This document shows positions 8,960 to 16,190 of a stretch of 64,000 nucleotides of DNA, in pieces. This DNA comes from a virus, in the IMG/VR virus record IMGVR_UViG_3300045988_174992; one strand, written 5' to 3'. Position numbers and translations under genes: made by a program. The first letter of the stretch is position 1. Every line of letters begins with the position of its first letter. The notes beneath the pieces were generated by a model that was given only the letters and a program-made list of their open reading frames with translations, made no database searches and was not told the DNA's origin.

Positions 8960-9177
8960 ATATCTAATTCTGTAAACATGAATGTCAATATTACAATTAT
9001 GATTATAGTAAATAAAGTCATGAGTACCAAATGGTGAATCATAATTTCTTTACCTGTATATTCAACACCATATTTCAATATAAGCCAAACTATCCCAAAG
9101 AAAATAGAATATAAGATACAAAAAGCTTTATGGGTGAATTTCTTACTCTGAATGAGTTCTCTCATATTCATCATCAC
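8956..9177 (-). CDS. small membrane protein (73 aa, 2 TM)
   Basis: Hydrophobic ORF with a 4-nt overlap with the next gene. Confidence 0.5.
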   Translation of the reverse strand: MMMNMRELIQSKKFTHKAFCILYSIFFGIVWLILKYGVEYTGKEIMIHHLVLMTLFTIIIIVILTFMFTELDI

Positions 9178-9338
9178 TGCTAATCATTAAACAAACTATA
9201 CTAACAAACACAAAAAACAGATATACTAAGATGAATCCTGGAATAGTATTTTCTCCAACATTATTCAATCACATCAATGCTACAATCATCAATGTTGCAA
9301 TGGTATAAGTTTTGAATCCATCTTTCTGTATCTTATCT
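9178..9338 (-). pseudogene. decayed small membrane-protein ORF with an in-frame TGA
   Basis: One frame reads ...FKTYTIATLMIVALM[TGA 9271-9269]LNNVGENTIPGFILVYLFFVFVSIVCLMISS... No good ATG start is present. Confidence 0.3.
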
Positions 9339-9635
9339 CTAAAAAATGTATTTATCGAAATTGTTACCTTCATTTCTTTCTTTTTCATCTAACCATTCTG
9401 TTAATGGAATTCCACCACATATAATGAATCCTACAAATACTAAACTAGCAGAAATCGTTGTCATAAAGATTGACAAACAAAAATCTATAGTTCTGCTAGT
9501 ATTACCCATAAAATAATTGGTCAATGGATAAGACAATATGGCAGAAATCAATGAAATAACACCATAATATCCATATAAACCTAATTCATATATAGTTGGA
9601 ATTTTTCTATTCTTTACTATTGTTGTCTTCATCAT
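9339..9635 (-). CDS. small membrane protein (98 aa, 3 TM)
   Basis: Hydrophobic ORF. Confidence 0.5.
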   Translation of the reverse strand: MMKTTIVKNRKIPTIYELGLYGYYGVISLISAILSYPLTNYFMGNTSRTIDFCLSIFMTTISASLVFVGFIICGGIPLTEWLDEKERNEGNNFDKYIF

Positions 9636-9855
9636 GAATATGCTTAGTAAAATCTACTTCTTCTTTAACATTAGTAATATTCACATCAGTAATCTTAACA
9701 TGCCTAGCAATATTTTTAGCCTCTTGTTCATTAGTGGCAATAATGCTTATAGACAATGGAATTACTCTACTAGTAAACTGACCATATACTGTAATATCAG
9801 CATGTACTTTAAATAGTTTCTTATCTCTTAAGTTTTCTACATTAACATCCACCAT
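9607..9855 (-). CDS. hypothetical protein (82 aa)
   Basis: ORF in the same gene train. Confidence 0.5.
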   Translation of the reverse strand: MVDVNVENLRDKKLFKVHADITVYGQFTSRVIPLSISIIATNEQEAKNIARHVKITDVNITNVKEEVDFTKHIHDEDNNSKE

Positions 9856-9871
9856 AATCTATATATCAAAT

Positions 9872-10069
9872 TTAAAAAATCAAACATAATATGACAAAGA
9901 TAGCTATACACCAGAAAATGAAGCTACCTATTGCCTTCAAAACAAATCCTCCCATGAAAGCAATACTTCCAACAAACAGTTTTATTAATCCTACCACTAT
10001 AAACAGGACAAGTACTGTAATGAAAAGACCTGCTAATAAAGTAATTATTCCAAAAATCAATTCTATCAT
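9872..10069 (-). CDS. small membrane protein (65 aa, 2 TM; holin-like size and topology)
   Basis: Almost entirely hydrophobic, with its own promoter motif at 10091-10124. It lies downstream of the endolysin unit. Confidence 0.5.
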   Translation of the reverse strand: MIELIFGIITLLAGLFITVLVLFIVVGLIKLFVGSIAFMGGFVLKAIGSFIFWCIAIFVILCLIF

Positions 10070-10090
10070 AATTCTATCATTTTTGTTCAG

Positions 10091-10124
10091 ATATAAGATA
10101 GAAAAATCTTGACTGATTTCAAAA
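10091..10124 (-). promoter_or_regulatory. Bacteroides-type -33/-7 promoter (phage promoter family)
   Basis: Minus strand reads TTTTGAAATCAGTCAAGATTTTTCTATCTTATAT. Confidence 0.45.
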
Positions 10125-10136
10125 TTTTATTTAAAT

Positions 10137-10236
10137 AAAAAGTCACACAGGGATGTTAAATCTATTTCAGGTATATAAATATACTCCTAAACAATTTTCC
10201 GCTCCCTGTGTGACCTAGGCGCTTTCCTAGAGAACA
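10137..10236 (-). repeat. GC-rich structured intergenic element, copy 1 of 3 (terminator-like)
   Basis: Starts right after the TGA of gene 10237-10740. It has a small hairpin CTAGG/CCTAG (10215-10230), a 12-bp long-range stem GTCACACAGGGA/TCCCTGTGTGAC (10142-10153 with 10203-10214), and then a U-run on the minus strand. Confidence 0.7.
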
Positions 10237-10740
10237 TCATTTTCTCTTCTTTGGTTGTAATTTTCTATTAACAGGTTTATAAGTACAATTTGTCTTCATC
10301 TTCTTAAGCATTGCAACTTCAACACGTAAGGTCTTTACTTCTTTCATTAATGCAACATTGTCATTATGCAATGAATTGAGTTTAGAAAGTACAACTCTGA
10401 AATTAGCTTTTACAATAGAATCAGAACTCATGCTATTGTGATTGTCATTATTAGTAATGACTGTGGTAATGTTGTTCAGTTTCTTTACACTACATCTACA
10501 GTTAGGATCATGAACAACAAAACTTTCAGTATTGTCATTCTCATCAGATTTTACAATATTGATGAACTTATGGTTTTGATAGTCAAATTCCATCACTTTA
10601 CCTTCTGATGTCAAGGTATCACCTACTATGGCAATATCATTTGATTTACCAGTACATTTGTTGACAACAAGCATGCTTCCTGTAAGAAACAATACAAATG
10701 TTATAGCTGCTATAATAATACTTTTAATATTCACTTTCAT
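10237..10740 (-). CDS. membrane-anchored coiled-coil protein (167 aa; possible spanin-like lysis accessory)
   Basis: N-terminal TM helix (IIIAAITFVLFLTGSMLVV), a C-terminal heptad-like region and a basic tail. It lies directly downstream of the endolysin. Confidence 0.4.
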   Translation of the reverse strand: MKVNIKSIIIAAITFVLFLTGSMLVVNKCTGKSNDIAIVGDTLTSEGKVMEFDYQNHKFINIVKSDENDNTESFVVHDPNCRCSVKKLNNITTVITNNDNHNSMSSDSIVKANFRVVLSKLNSLHNDNVALMKEVKTLRVEVAMLKKMKTNCTYKPVNRKLQPKKRK

Positions 10741-10761
10741 AAATTCAATAATTATAATATT

Positions 10762-11538
10762 CTATACTTCTTCTGTCATTTTATTGTGTTCTGCTTTTCT
10801 TCTGTTCTTATGTCCTGCATAATATATTCTAGAAATGTTAGCAGTTTTAACTGCCTCTATAGCATAAATCAAGTCTTTCTTGTTGATAGCTTTTGTCTTC
10901 TTATCATATCGACATGCCTTCATTCGTTTCCAGAACCTTGTCTTTCTTACACCATCTGGTCCACAATTGTATGTCAATGATGTCAACCCATCAACAAATG
11001 ATTGGGTATAGATAAATCTATGGTCAAGTTCAGAAAGCAATTCTCTTACATGAACATTGAACTTATCCATATCTTTATCAAATAGCTTATCAGCATATTC
11101 TTGACTTATCTTATGTGGAATATTATCTTCATAGATTACATGGCCATAACCTATAGTATATCTCTTTTCACCTTTAAGCTTGTAAGCGGTAAGGACACAA
11201 GATTCATATTTCTTGATGAACTCTTTTCCTTTCTTACTTATACTGGCATTCTTATATGTATAAGTATTAGTATGATGTTCGTGTACATCAGAAGATTTTG
11301 CCATTGTATTGATATCGATAGTCATCATTTCCTCAATACGTTGTACTCTTTCTTCTATAGTAAACGTATCTCTTACTACACTATATAGCTTAATATTCTT
11401 CCAAAGATGGGCACTGTCTTCCTTTTCTTTTATTAATGAATTGATATTAGGACTAGCATTAATGAACATAGGTGGTAATGTTCCAGACAATCCACCTAGA
11501 AATGCAGAACCTACTATCAAATATTTTATCTTCTTCAT
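10762..11538 (-). CDS. GH24 (T4-lysozyme-like) endolysin with an N-terminal hydrophobic signal/anchor
   Basis: KGKEFIKKYESCVLTAYKLKGEKRYTIGYGHV matches the E...YTIG.GH core of phage lysozymes. The N-terminus MKKIKYLIVGSAFLGGLSGTL is a signal or SAR-like segment. Confidence 0.75.
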   Translation of the reverse strand: MKKIKYLIVGSAFLGGLSGTLPPMFINASPNINSLIKEKEDSAHLWKNIKLYSVVRDTFTIEERVQRIEEMMTIDINTMAKSSDVHEHHTNTYTYKNASISKKGKEFIKKYESCVLTAYKLKGEKRYTIGYGHVIYEDNIPHKISQEYADKLFDKDMDKFNVHVRELLSELDHRFIYTQSFVDGLTSLTYNCGPDGVRKTRFWKRMKACRYDKKTKAINKKDLIYAIEAVKTANISRIYYAGHKNRRKAEHNKMTEEV

Positions 11539-11587
11539 TCTTATCTTACTTTAAAGTTAAATATTATACATATTGTTTTAACATCTT

Positions 11588-11619
11588 AAATATAGAACAA
11601 ACATAAAAAAATTCAAAAG
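11588..11619 (-). promoter_or_regulatory. Bacteroides-type -33/-7 promoter (phage promoter family)
   Basis: Minus strand reads CTTTTGAATTTTTTTATGTTTGTTCTATATTT. Positions 11577-11601 are identical to 12548-12572. Confidence 0.5.
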
Positions 11620-11642
11620 AGGAAACCTTTCGATTTCCTCTT
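11617..11642 (-). terminator. rho-independent terminator
   Basis: 9-bp stem AAGAGGAAA/TTTCCTCTT, followed on the minus strand by TTGAATTTTTTT. It lies downstream of gene 11685-12167. Confidence 0.6.
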
Positions 11643-11684
11643 ATATATTGATTATTCTAAATATTATACTATACTTTTTATTAT

Positions 11685-12167
11685 CTATTGCTTTAAAAAT
11701 CCAAGTTCGTAAATCATAGGTCGCATCTTATTAGCAAGTGTACTATAAAGCTCTTTAAACTTGTCCAAATCTTCTTTAGCATATTCCTTAGCAAGAGCTT
11801 TTATCTGGTACCATCCACAATCCCAATTATTTATCTGATATTCAGGATGTTCTGAATTGAACAACTCTCTATATTTGAAAGTCTTTCTGACAATTTCTGA
11901 GGCTTTATCCAAAACTACTTGTGCTTCTGAAGTAAGCGTTATTTCTTGAAGTTTCTTATATACAAATCTATCTGAATCAGTATGAACATCTAAATAACAA
12001 TCGTCATTATTAAATTGATTTGCTAAGTCTTCAATTTCTGACTTTGACATCCAGAAGAATTCGTTTTTGATATCCCAAAGTTTATCGTGATATTTTATAT
12101 TTTTTAATGAAACATCATATCCTCCAAATATTGTTAAAATTAGTGATCTTAATTTACATTGTACCAT
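11685..12167 (-). CDS. hypothetical protein (160 aa)
   Basis: ORF with no recognised motif. Confidence 0.6.
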   Translation of the reverse strand: MVQCKLRSLILTIFGGYDVSLKNIKYHDKLWDIKNEFFWMSKSEIEDLANQFNNDDCYLDVHTDSDRFVYKKLQEITLTSEAQVVLDKASEIVRKTFKYRELFNSEHPEYQINNWDCGWYQIKALAKEYAKEDLDKFKELYSTLANKMRPMIYELGFLKQ

Positions 12168-12315
12168 CCATTGTCATTCCAATCATGAGTGCACCAGTTA
12201 TCAGCAATAGACAACCAATCATGCAAAGCCAATCATTAGATACACGTCTTTCATTGTTTATCATATAAACACCAATACCTAAGAAAATCAATATAATTCC
12301 AATAAAAATCATCAT
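12154..12315 (-). CDS. small membrane protein (53 aa, 2 TM)
   Basis: Hand translation gives MMIFIGIILIFLGIGVYMINNERRVSNDWLCMIGCLLLITGALMIGMTMDGTM. Its stop overlaps the next start. Confidence 0.4.
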   Translation of the reverse strand: MMIFIGIILIFLGIGVYMINNERRVSNDWLCMIGCLLLITGALMIGMTMDGTM

Positions 12316-12346
12316 AATCGTAAATTTTAAAAATTAAACATCTTAT

Positions 12347-12532
12347 TTATAAAGCATGAAAGATAATTACATAAACTATTATCATGAAATTAGGAAATAT
12401 CATTACCAAAAGTTTCAATATATTATATGTTAAATCATCTTCATATTTTGGCTTGTGAGTAAAATTCAATGTAAGAAGAATAATTTCAATAACAAAGAAA
12501 ATTACTAAAAATATAATTGAATTTTTATCCAT
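12347..12532 (-). CDS. small membrane protein (61 aa, 2 TM)
   Basis: Hydrophobic ORF behind the promoter motif at 12559-12588. Confidence 0.5.
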   Translation of the reverse strand: MDKNSIIFLVIFFVIEIILLTLNFTHKPKYEDDLTYNILKLLVMIFPNFMIIVYVIIFHAL

Positions 12533-12558
12533 AATCTATATTTATTATTTAACATCTT

Positions 12559-12588
12559 AAATATAGAACAAATGTAAAAAATTTCAAA
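12559..12588 (-). promoter_or_regulatory. Bacteroides-type -33/-7 promoter (phage promoter family)
   Basis: Minus strand reads TTTGAAATTTTTTACATTTGTTCTATATTT. Confidence 0.5.
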
Positions 12589-12619
12589 TTATTTTTATTA
12601 TATAAAAGCAAACAAAAAA

Positions 12620-13035
12620 ATGATAAGTTTAACAGAATCATTAAATGTATCTTTGAATGAATCAAAGAATTATTCAGTAAAAAGCGTTAAAGCAGAAGAT
12701 GTTGTTACATTCTTAAGATAAAATCCAGAATATTATTTCTATACTAGAGGATTTGGTTCAAACGCGGCACATTATGGTGCAAAAGTAAATTGTTAGATTG
12801 TGAAATCCAATACCAACCTAAAACAAAGAATTGGTATGTATATTCATATTCAAATCAATATACTGGAGGATTTGAAATGGATGATGATAAATCAATTGAC
12901 TCAATTGATAGTTTAGTTTCAGCAATAGATTCTGCAGATAATACGGATATTAAAATAGGTGGAGGTAAATTTGGTATATATGGTGTTAATGGAAATACAC
13001 CTAATGCAAAAATACAATTAAGAAAGAAAAAATAA
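12620..13035 (+). pseudogene. interrupted small gene (in-frame TAA plus a -1 frame change)
   Basis: From ATG 12620: MISLTESLNV...VVTFLR[TAA 12719-12721]NPEYYFYTRGFGSNAAHYGAKVN. The reading then continues only in the frame of track ORF 12790-13035 (LLDCEIQYQPKTKNWYVYSYSNQY...). Confidence 0.4.
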
Positions 13036-13057
13036 AATTAATTTATTATAAATAAAA

Positions 13058-13085
13058 AGAGCGAAATTCCACAGAATTTCGCTCT
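13058..13085. terminator. bidirectional rho-independent terminator
   Basis: 12-bp stem AGAGCGAAATTC/GAATTTCGCTCT, flanked by an A-run on one side and a T-run on the other. It sits between convergent genes. Confidence 0.75.
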
Positions 13086-13101
13086 TTTGTTTTATTCCAA
13101 G

Positions 13102-14202
13102 TTAGAATGGAAGATCATCAGAACCAGCCGTTGGTGTTGATTCTGTTGTATCTGAAGGAGCAGTGGCAGTAGTTGTTGATGCTGTTGTTGTAGTTGATGG
13201 CAATGGATTTGTTGGGTCATTACCAGCAAGAACTACACTAATCCATGCATTGACACGGGCTGTTACTTCAGGTGACCACTCATGGTAACCAAGCTCTTCA
13301 ATTAGATTAGGACAGAAGCTCTTAATCTTCTCGATTACACCATGATACAACTCACGAAGTTTCTTTGTGTTTTCTTCTGCATTGATTTCTGCAAGAGCTG
13401 TAGCACGAAGATCTGGATCCTTCTGCTTCCAAACTTTCTTTGTCATTTCCTCAACATACTGATCAAGAATAGCTTGCTGATCATCATCAAGTAATGGACT
13501 TCCATCAGGATTAGTACAACTAACTACATCATCAGTAAGTTCAGAAGTATTGTAACTAATCTCGCGAGTCTTACGTTCAGGTGCTTTAGGATCATCTGGA
13601 CCTGGTGTTACCTCAAGGTCAATAGCACGACCAAACAAGAAATCCATTACAGGAATACTTGCTTTCTTAGACTCAGGACTTGGAGCCATCTTAGCATTGA
13701 TTGTCTCCCAAATAGCCTTAGGAAGCTTCCAGAACATGTACTTTCCTACAAGATCTGGCTGATTGTTGTCTTCAATAACCTGAATGAGAGCATAACGAGC
13801 ATAACGCTTGTCGAACAAACCACGACCACCTTTATCCTTAGTCAAAGCCTGCTTCTGCATATTCTCATCCTTTGAGAAATGACACTGTTTCCATGCCTTA
13901 AATACTGGGCAATTCTTGTCATTATTTGTCAATGAACTTACGACAGAGAAGAAGCCATTACTATCTTGCAAAGCATAAGACTGCTGTTCAAGAATACTGT
14001 TTCGAAGATCCCATGGATTATAGATAACCTTGATCTGAGAACGATAAACTCCATCTTCTGCCTTAGAAAGAGCTGGCTTTGGGTGATAAATGTTAGGATT
14101 TCCACCTGAAGTCTGCTGTGGTTGCTCTTGATAAACTGTGAGTTGACTTGGATCGAAACCAAGAATGTCATTTTCAATTGAGTTCAAATTTTCGTTTGTC
14201 AT
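13102..14202 (-). CDS. T4 gp32-like single-stranded DNA-binding protein
   Basis: RYALIQVIEDNNQPDLVGKYMFWKLPKAIWETINAKM resembles the T4 gp32 block [37 protein letters not shown] (recalled from memory). Other features: a Cys/His segment NCPVFKAWKQCH, an S/T-rich linker and the C-terminal tip GSDDLPF. Confidence 0.8.
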   Translation of the reverse strand: MTNENLNSIENDILGFDPSQLTVYQEQPQQTSGGNPNIYHPKPALSKAEDGVYRSQIKVIYNPWDLRNSILEQQSYALQDSNGFFSVVSSLTNNDKNCPVFKAWKQCHFSKDENMQKQALTKDKGGRGLFDKRYARYALIQVIEDNNQPDLVGKYMFWKLPKAIWETINAKMAPSPESKKASIPVMDFLFGRAIDLEVTPGPDDPKAPERKTREISYNTSELTDDVVSCTNPDGSPLLDDDQQAILDQYVEEMTKKVWKQKDPDLRATALAEINAEENTKKLRELYHGVIEKIKSFCPNLIEELGYHEWSPEVTARVNAWISVVLAGNDPTNPLPSTTTTASTTTATAPSDTTESTPTAGSDDLPF

Positions 14203-14241
14203 AATTTTACTTTTAAATATTTTGATTAAATTTACTTGTTA

Positions 14242-14263
14242 AAATGTGTGTTGCAACACATTT
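14242..14263 (-). promoter_or_regulatory. 5'-leader hairpin of the SSB gene (possible translational operator)
   Basis: 8-bp palindrome AAATGTGT/ACACATTT. It is followed, toward the ATG at 14202, by about 39 nt of almost pure A/U. Confidence 0.35.
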
Positions 14264-14286
14264 GTTTTATTTTATATCTTACATTT

Positions 14287-14320
14287 ATAATATAGTCAAC
14301 CAATATTATGATTTTCAAAA
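14287..14320 (-). promoter_or_regulatory. Bacteroides-type -33/-7 promoter for the SSB gene
   Basis: Minus strand reads TTTTGAAAATCATAATATTGGTTGACTATATTAT. It overlaps the 3' end of the upstream endonuclease gene. Confidence 0.45.
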
Positions 14321-15384
14321 TAATCAATAAAAAATTCTTTTAATTCTTTTAGAGACCAAAATTCTTTATAATTTAGATTTTCTTCTTTTGCTTTATTTCT
14401 TTTTTCAACATCCCTTTTAGTCCAAGTTTTTATTGCATTATCATAGTACTTTGTTCTTTTTGTTTTCCATTGTTCTAACTTAACTTGATCTTTTATTGAG
14501 CTTGGGTCAAATGGGTGTTTTCCATGGGTCCAGTGGAAGTTGCATTCTATAAACATATCTAAGTCTTCAATATAAAAATCACAATTAAATGGATATCTTG
14601 AACCTCCATTAAATTGTCTAGTTACATCTATATATTGACTTAAAAATTCATATACTTTATCTTCTTCTTTTGATGTATTGAAAGTGTTGTTTTTCCTTTT
14701 TGTATTAATGATTTTATTTTTAATCTCTCCAATATTATTTAGGAAAGATTTCCTAAATTTTGATGTTTTTGAATAATTATCTATTCCATATTTTTTCAAA
14801 CAAGACTCTTTAGATTTTTCTCTAAATTCTTTTGTTTTCATGTATTCATCAACACCATATTTTTTCAAACAAGACTCTTTAGATTTTTCTCTAAATTCTT
14901 TTGTTTTCATGTATTCATCAACACCATATTTTTTCAAACAAGTTTGTTTATATTTTTCTCTATTATTAAAAAATTTTACTCCATATTTTTCTAAACATGT
15001 TTCTTTAATTCTTTTTTGTGATTCTGGATTCTTAGAATTATGGGTATATCCGGTTTTATTGAAATATGTATTTTGTTTCTTTTTTATTATATCTTTATCA
15101 TGTTGAACACATTCTTTACTACAATAGTCATTATAAAACTTATATTTTCTAAACTTTACTGCAACGGGTTTACCACATACTTTACATTTTGGATGTACAC
15201 TAATATTCCAACAAATTCTTAATATAGACTCTTCAAATGATAAAGAATCATCATATCTATCTACAATATATTTATATATTTCTGATTCTTTATCATTTGA
15301 GTATTTTCTTTTCATCTTAGAAGAAACAAATCCATTTTTTGTAAGAAAAATTTTCTTTATCTTTTCATCATTGATTTCTTCCAT
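14296..15384 (-). CDS. free-standing homing-endonuclease-like protein (Zn-ribbon N-terminus, tandem KYG repeats, PD-(D/E)XK/Vsr-like C-terminus)
   Basis: Features: CKVCGK...CSKEC; five or more repeats of the type CL(E/K)KYG(V/I)..(Y/F)...; and a C-terminal FNCDFYIEDLDMFIECNFHWTHG resembling the D...E.K nuclease core. No cellular-type neighbours. Confidence 0.5.
   Translation of the reverse strand: MEEINDEKIKKIFLTKNGFVSSKMKRKYSNDKESEIYKYIVDRYDDSLSFEESILRICWNISVHPKCKVCGKPVAVKFRKYKFYNDYCSKECVQHDKDIIKKKQNTYFNKTGYTHNSKNPESQKRIKETCLEKYGVKFFNNREKYKQTCLKKYGVDEYMKTKEFREKSKESCLKKYGVDEYMKTKEFREKSKESCLKKYGIDNYSKTSKFRKSFLNNIGEIKNKIINTKRKNNTFNTSKEEDKVYEFLSQYIDVTRQFNGGSRYPFNCDFYIEDLDMFIECNFHWTHGKHPFDPSSIKDQVKLEQWKTKRTKYYDNAIKTWTKRDVEKRNKAKEENLNYKEFWSLKELKEFFIDYFENHNIG
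14786..14942. repeat. perfect 69-bp tandem duplication (2.3 copies) inside the endonuclease gene
   Basis: Units start at 14786, 14855 and 14924. They encode the duplicated peptide KKYGVDEYMKTKEFREKSKESCL. Confidence 0.9.
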
Positions 15385-15398
15385 TATTTATCTTTTAC

Positions 15399-15728
15399 TT
15401 ATTTAATTCCTAAAGTATTTGGTACTTTACCATTCGTCAATGGACTAGGACTTTCAATTTTAGCAGTTTGTGTTGTAGGAGAACCAACCGTTATGATTTG
15501 CCCATAAACATCTGCATTTTTGATATAATAATCTATTGCATTTGCCATTCTAACACCAAGAGGTTCTGCAATCATTTTAGTAATAGATTCGCCAAATTCT
15601 TTAGCAGCTTTATTTCCTGATTTAGAAGTACATGGCAATACATGTTTAAAACCTTCTTCTAATGCAGATGGCAAGACCTCTTCAAGAGATCTTGTCAACG
15701 CCTTTTCTAATTCAGATACTACTAACAT
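15399..15728 (-). CDS. hypothetical protein (109 aa)
   Basis: ORF in the gene train. Confidence 0.55.
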   Translation of the reverse strand: MLVVSELEKALTRSLEEVLPSALEEGFKHVLPCTSKSGNKAAKEFGESITKMIAEPLGVRMANAIDYYIKNADVYGQIITVGSPTTQTAKIESPSPLTNGKVPNTLGIK

Positions 15729-15731
15729 AAA

Positions 15732-16148
15732 TTACTTATGATTGTAAATGAATTCCGCAAACTTCTTGTATGATACCTTTGCCATAGGTACCAGCCTTTT
15801 CATGAATGAATTATCTGGAATATTGAGTGATTCCATATACTCATCAACCAACTTATCAATCTGTGAATCTACAGTATTACCAGTAGGTACATTCTTAGGT
15901 TCTGGTTCTGGTGCTGGTGCTTCATGGGTCATATCCCACTTAGCTTGAAGTTCTGCCTTGAAGTTGTCAATGTATTCATCACCAATCAGCAATGTTACAA
16001 AGTCATTATCCTTCAATCTATCAAGAAAATCCATTGTCTCATCAAGCTCTTCCTTTGTAACTTCACTAATATCAACATCATTCAACTTAGCAACATTATC
16101 AGACTCAGTCAACTTTACAACGTCTTCAAAAATATCAAAAATTCCCAT
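15732..16148 (-). CDS. hypothetical acidic protein (138 aa)
   Basis: ORF. The antisense ORFs 15748-16247 are S/L/F-rich and look spurious. Confidence 0.6.
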   Translation of the reverse strand: MGIFDIFEDVVKLTESDNVAKLNDVDISEVTKEELDETMDFLDRLKDNDFVTLLIGDEYIDNFKAELQAKWDMTHEAPAPEPEPKNVPTGNTVDSQIDKLVDEYMESLNIPDNSFMKRLVPMAKVSYKKFAEFIYNHK

Positions 16149-16190
16149 GATTATTTATATTTTATTTATTTATTAATTTTATTTTATCTA

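Noticed and set aside
10137-10236. The three-copy GC-rich element might be a tRNA, a riboswitch (ZTP- or c-di-GMP-like strings such as GCCUGGG or CACAGGG) or a MITE.
   Set aside because: It has no T-loop (GTTCNANNC), no cloverleaf and no anticodon arm. The order of the conserved strings does not match the ZTP or GEMM consensus, and the elements lie 3' of genes rather than in 5' leaders. Conservation extends asymmetrically beyond the inverted repeats, and there are no target-site duplications, which argues against a MITE.
9178-12721. Possible stop-codon reassignment (TGA or TAA read as sense), suggested by the in-frame TGA at 9271-9269 and the in-frame TAA at 12719-12721. Recoding is known in some gut phages.
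   Set aside because: TGA, TAA and TAG all terminate long, well-supported genes here. For example, TGA ends 10237-10740 and 52225-53079, and TAA ends the U32 gene. The giant late genes contain no internal stops. The two cases are better explained as decayed small genes.
14786-14942. The 69-bp perfect direct repeats might be a CRISPR-like or iteron array.
   Set aside because: There are only 2.3 contiguous copies with no spacers. They are in frame inside a continuous ORF and duplicate a protein repeat unit.
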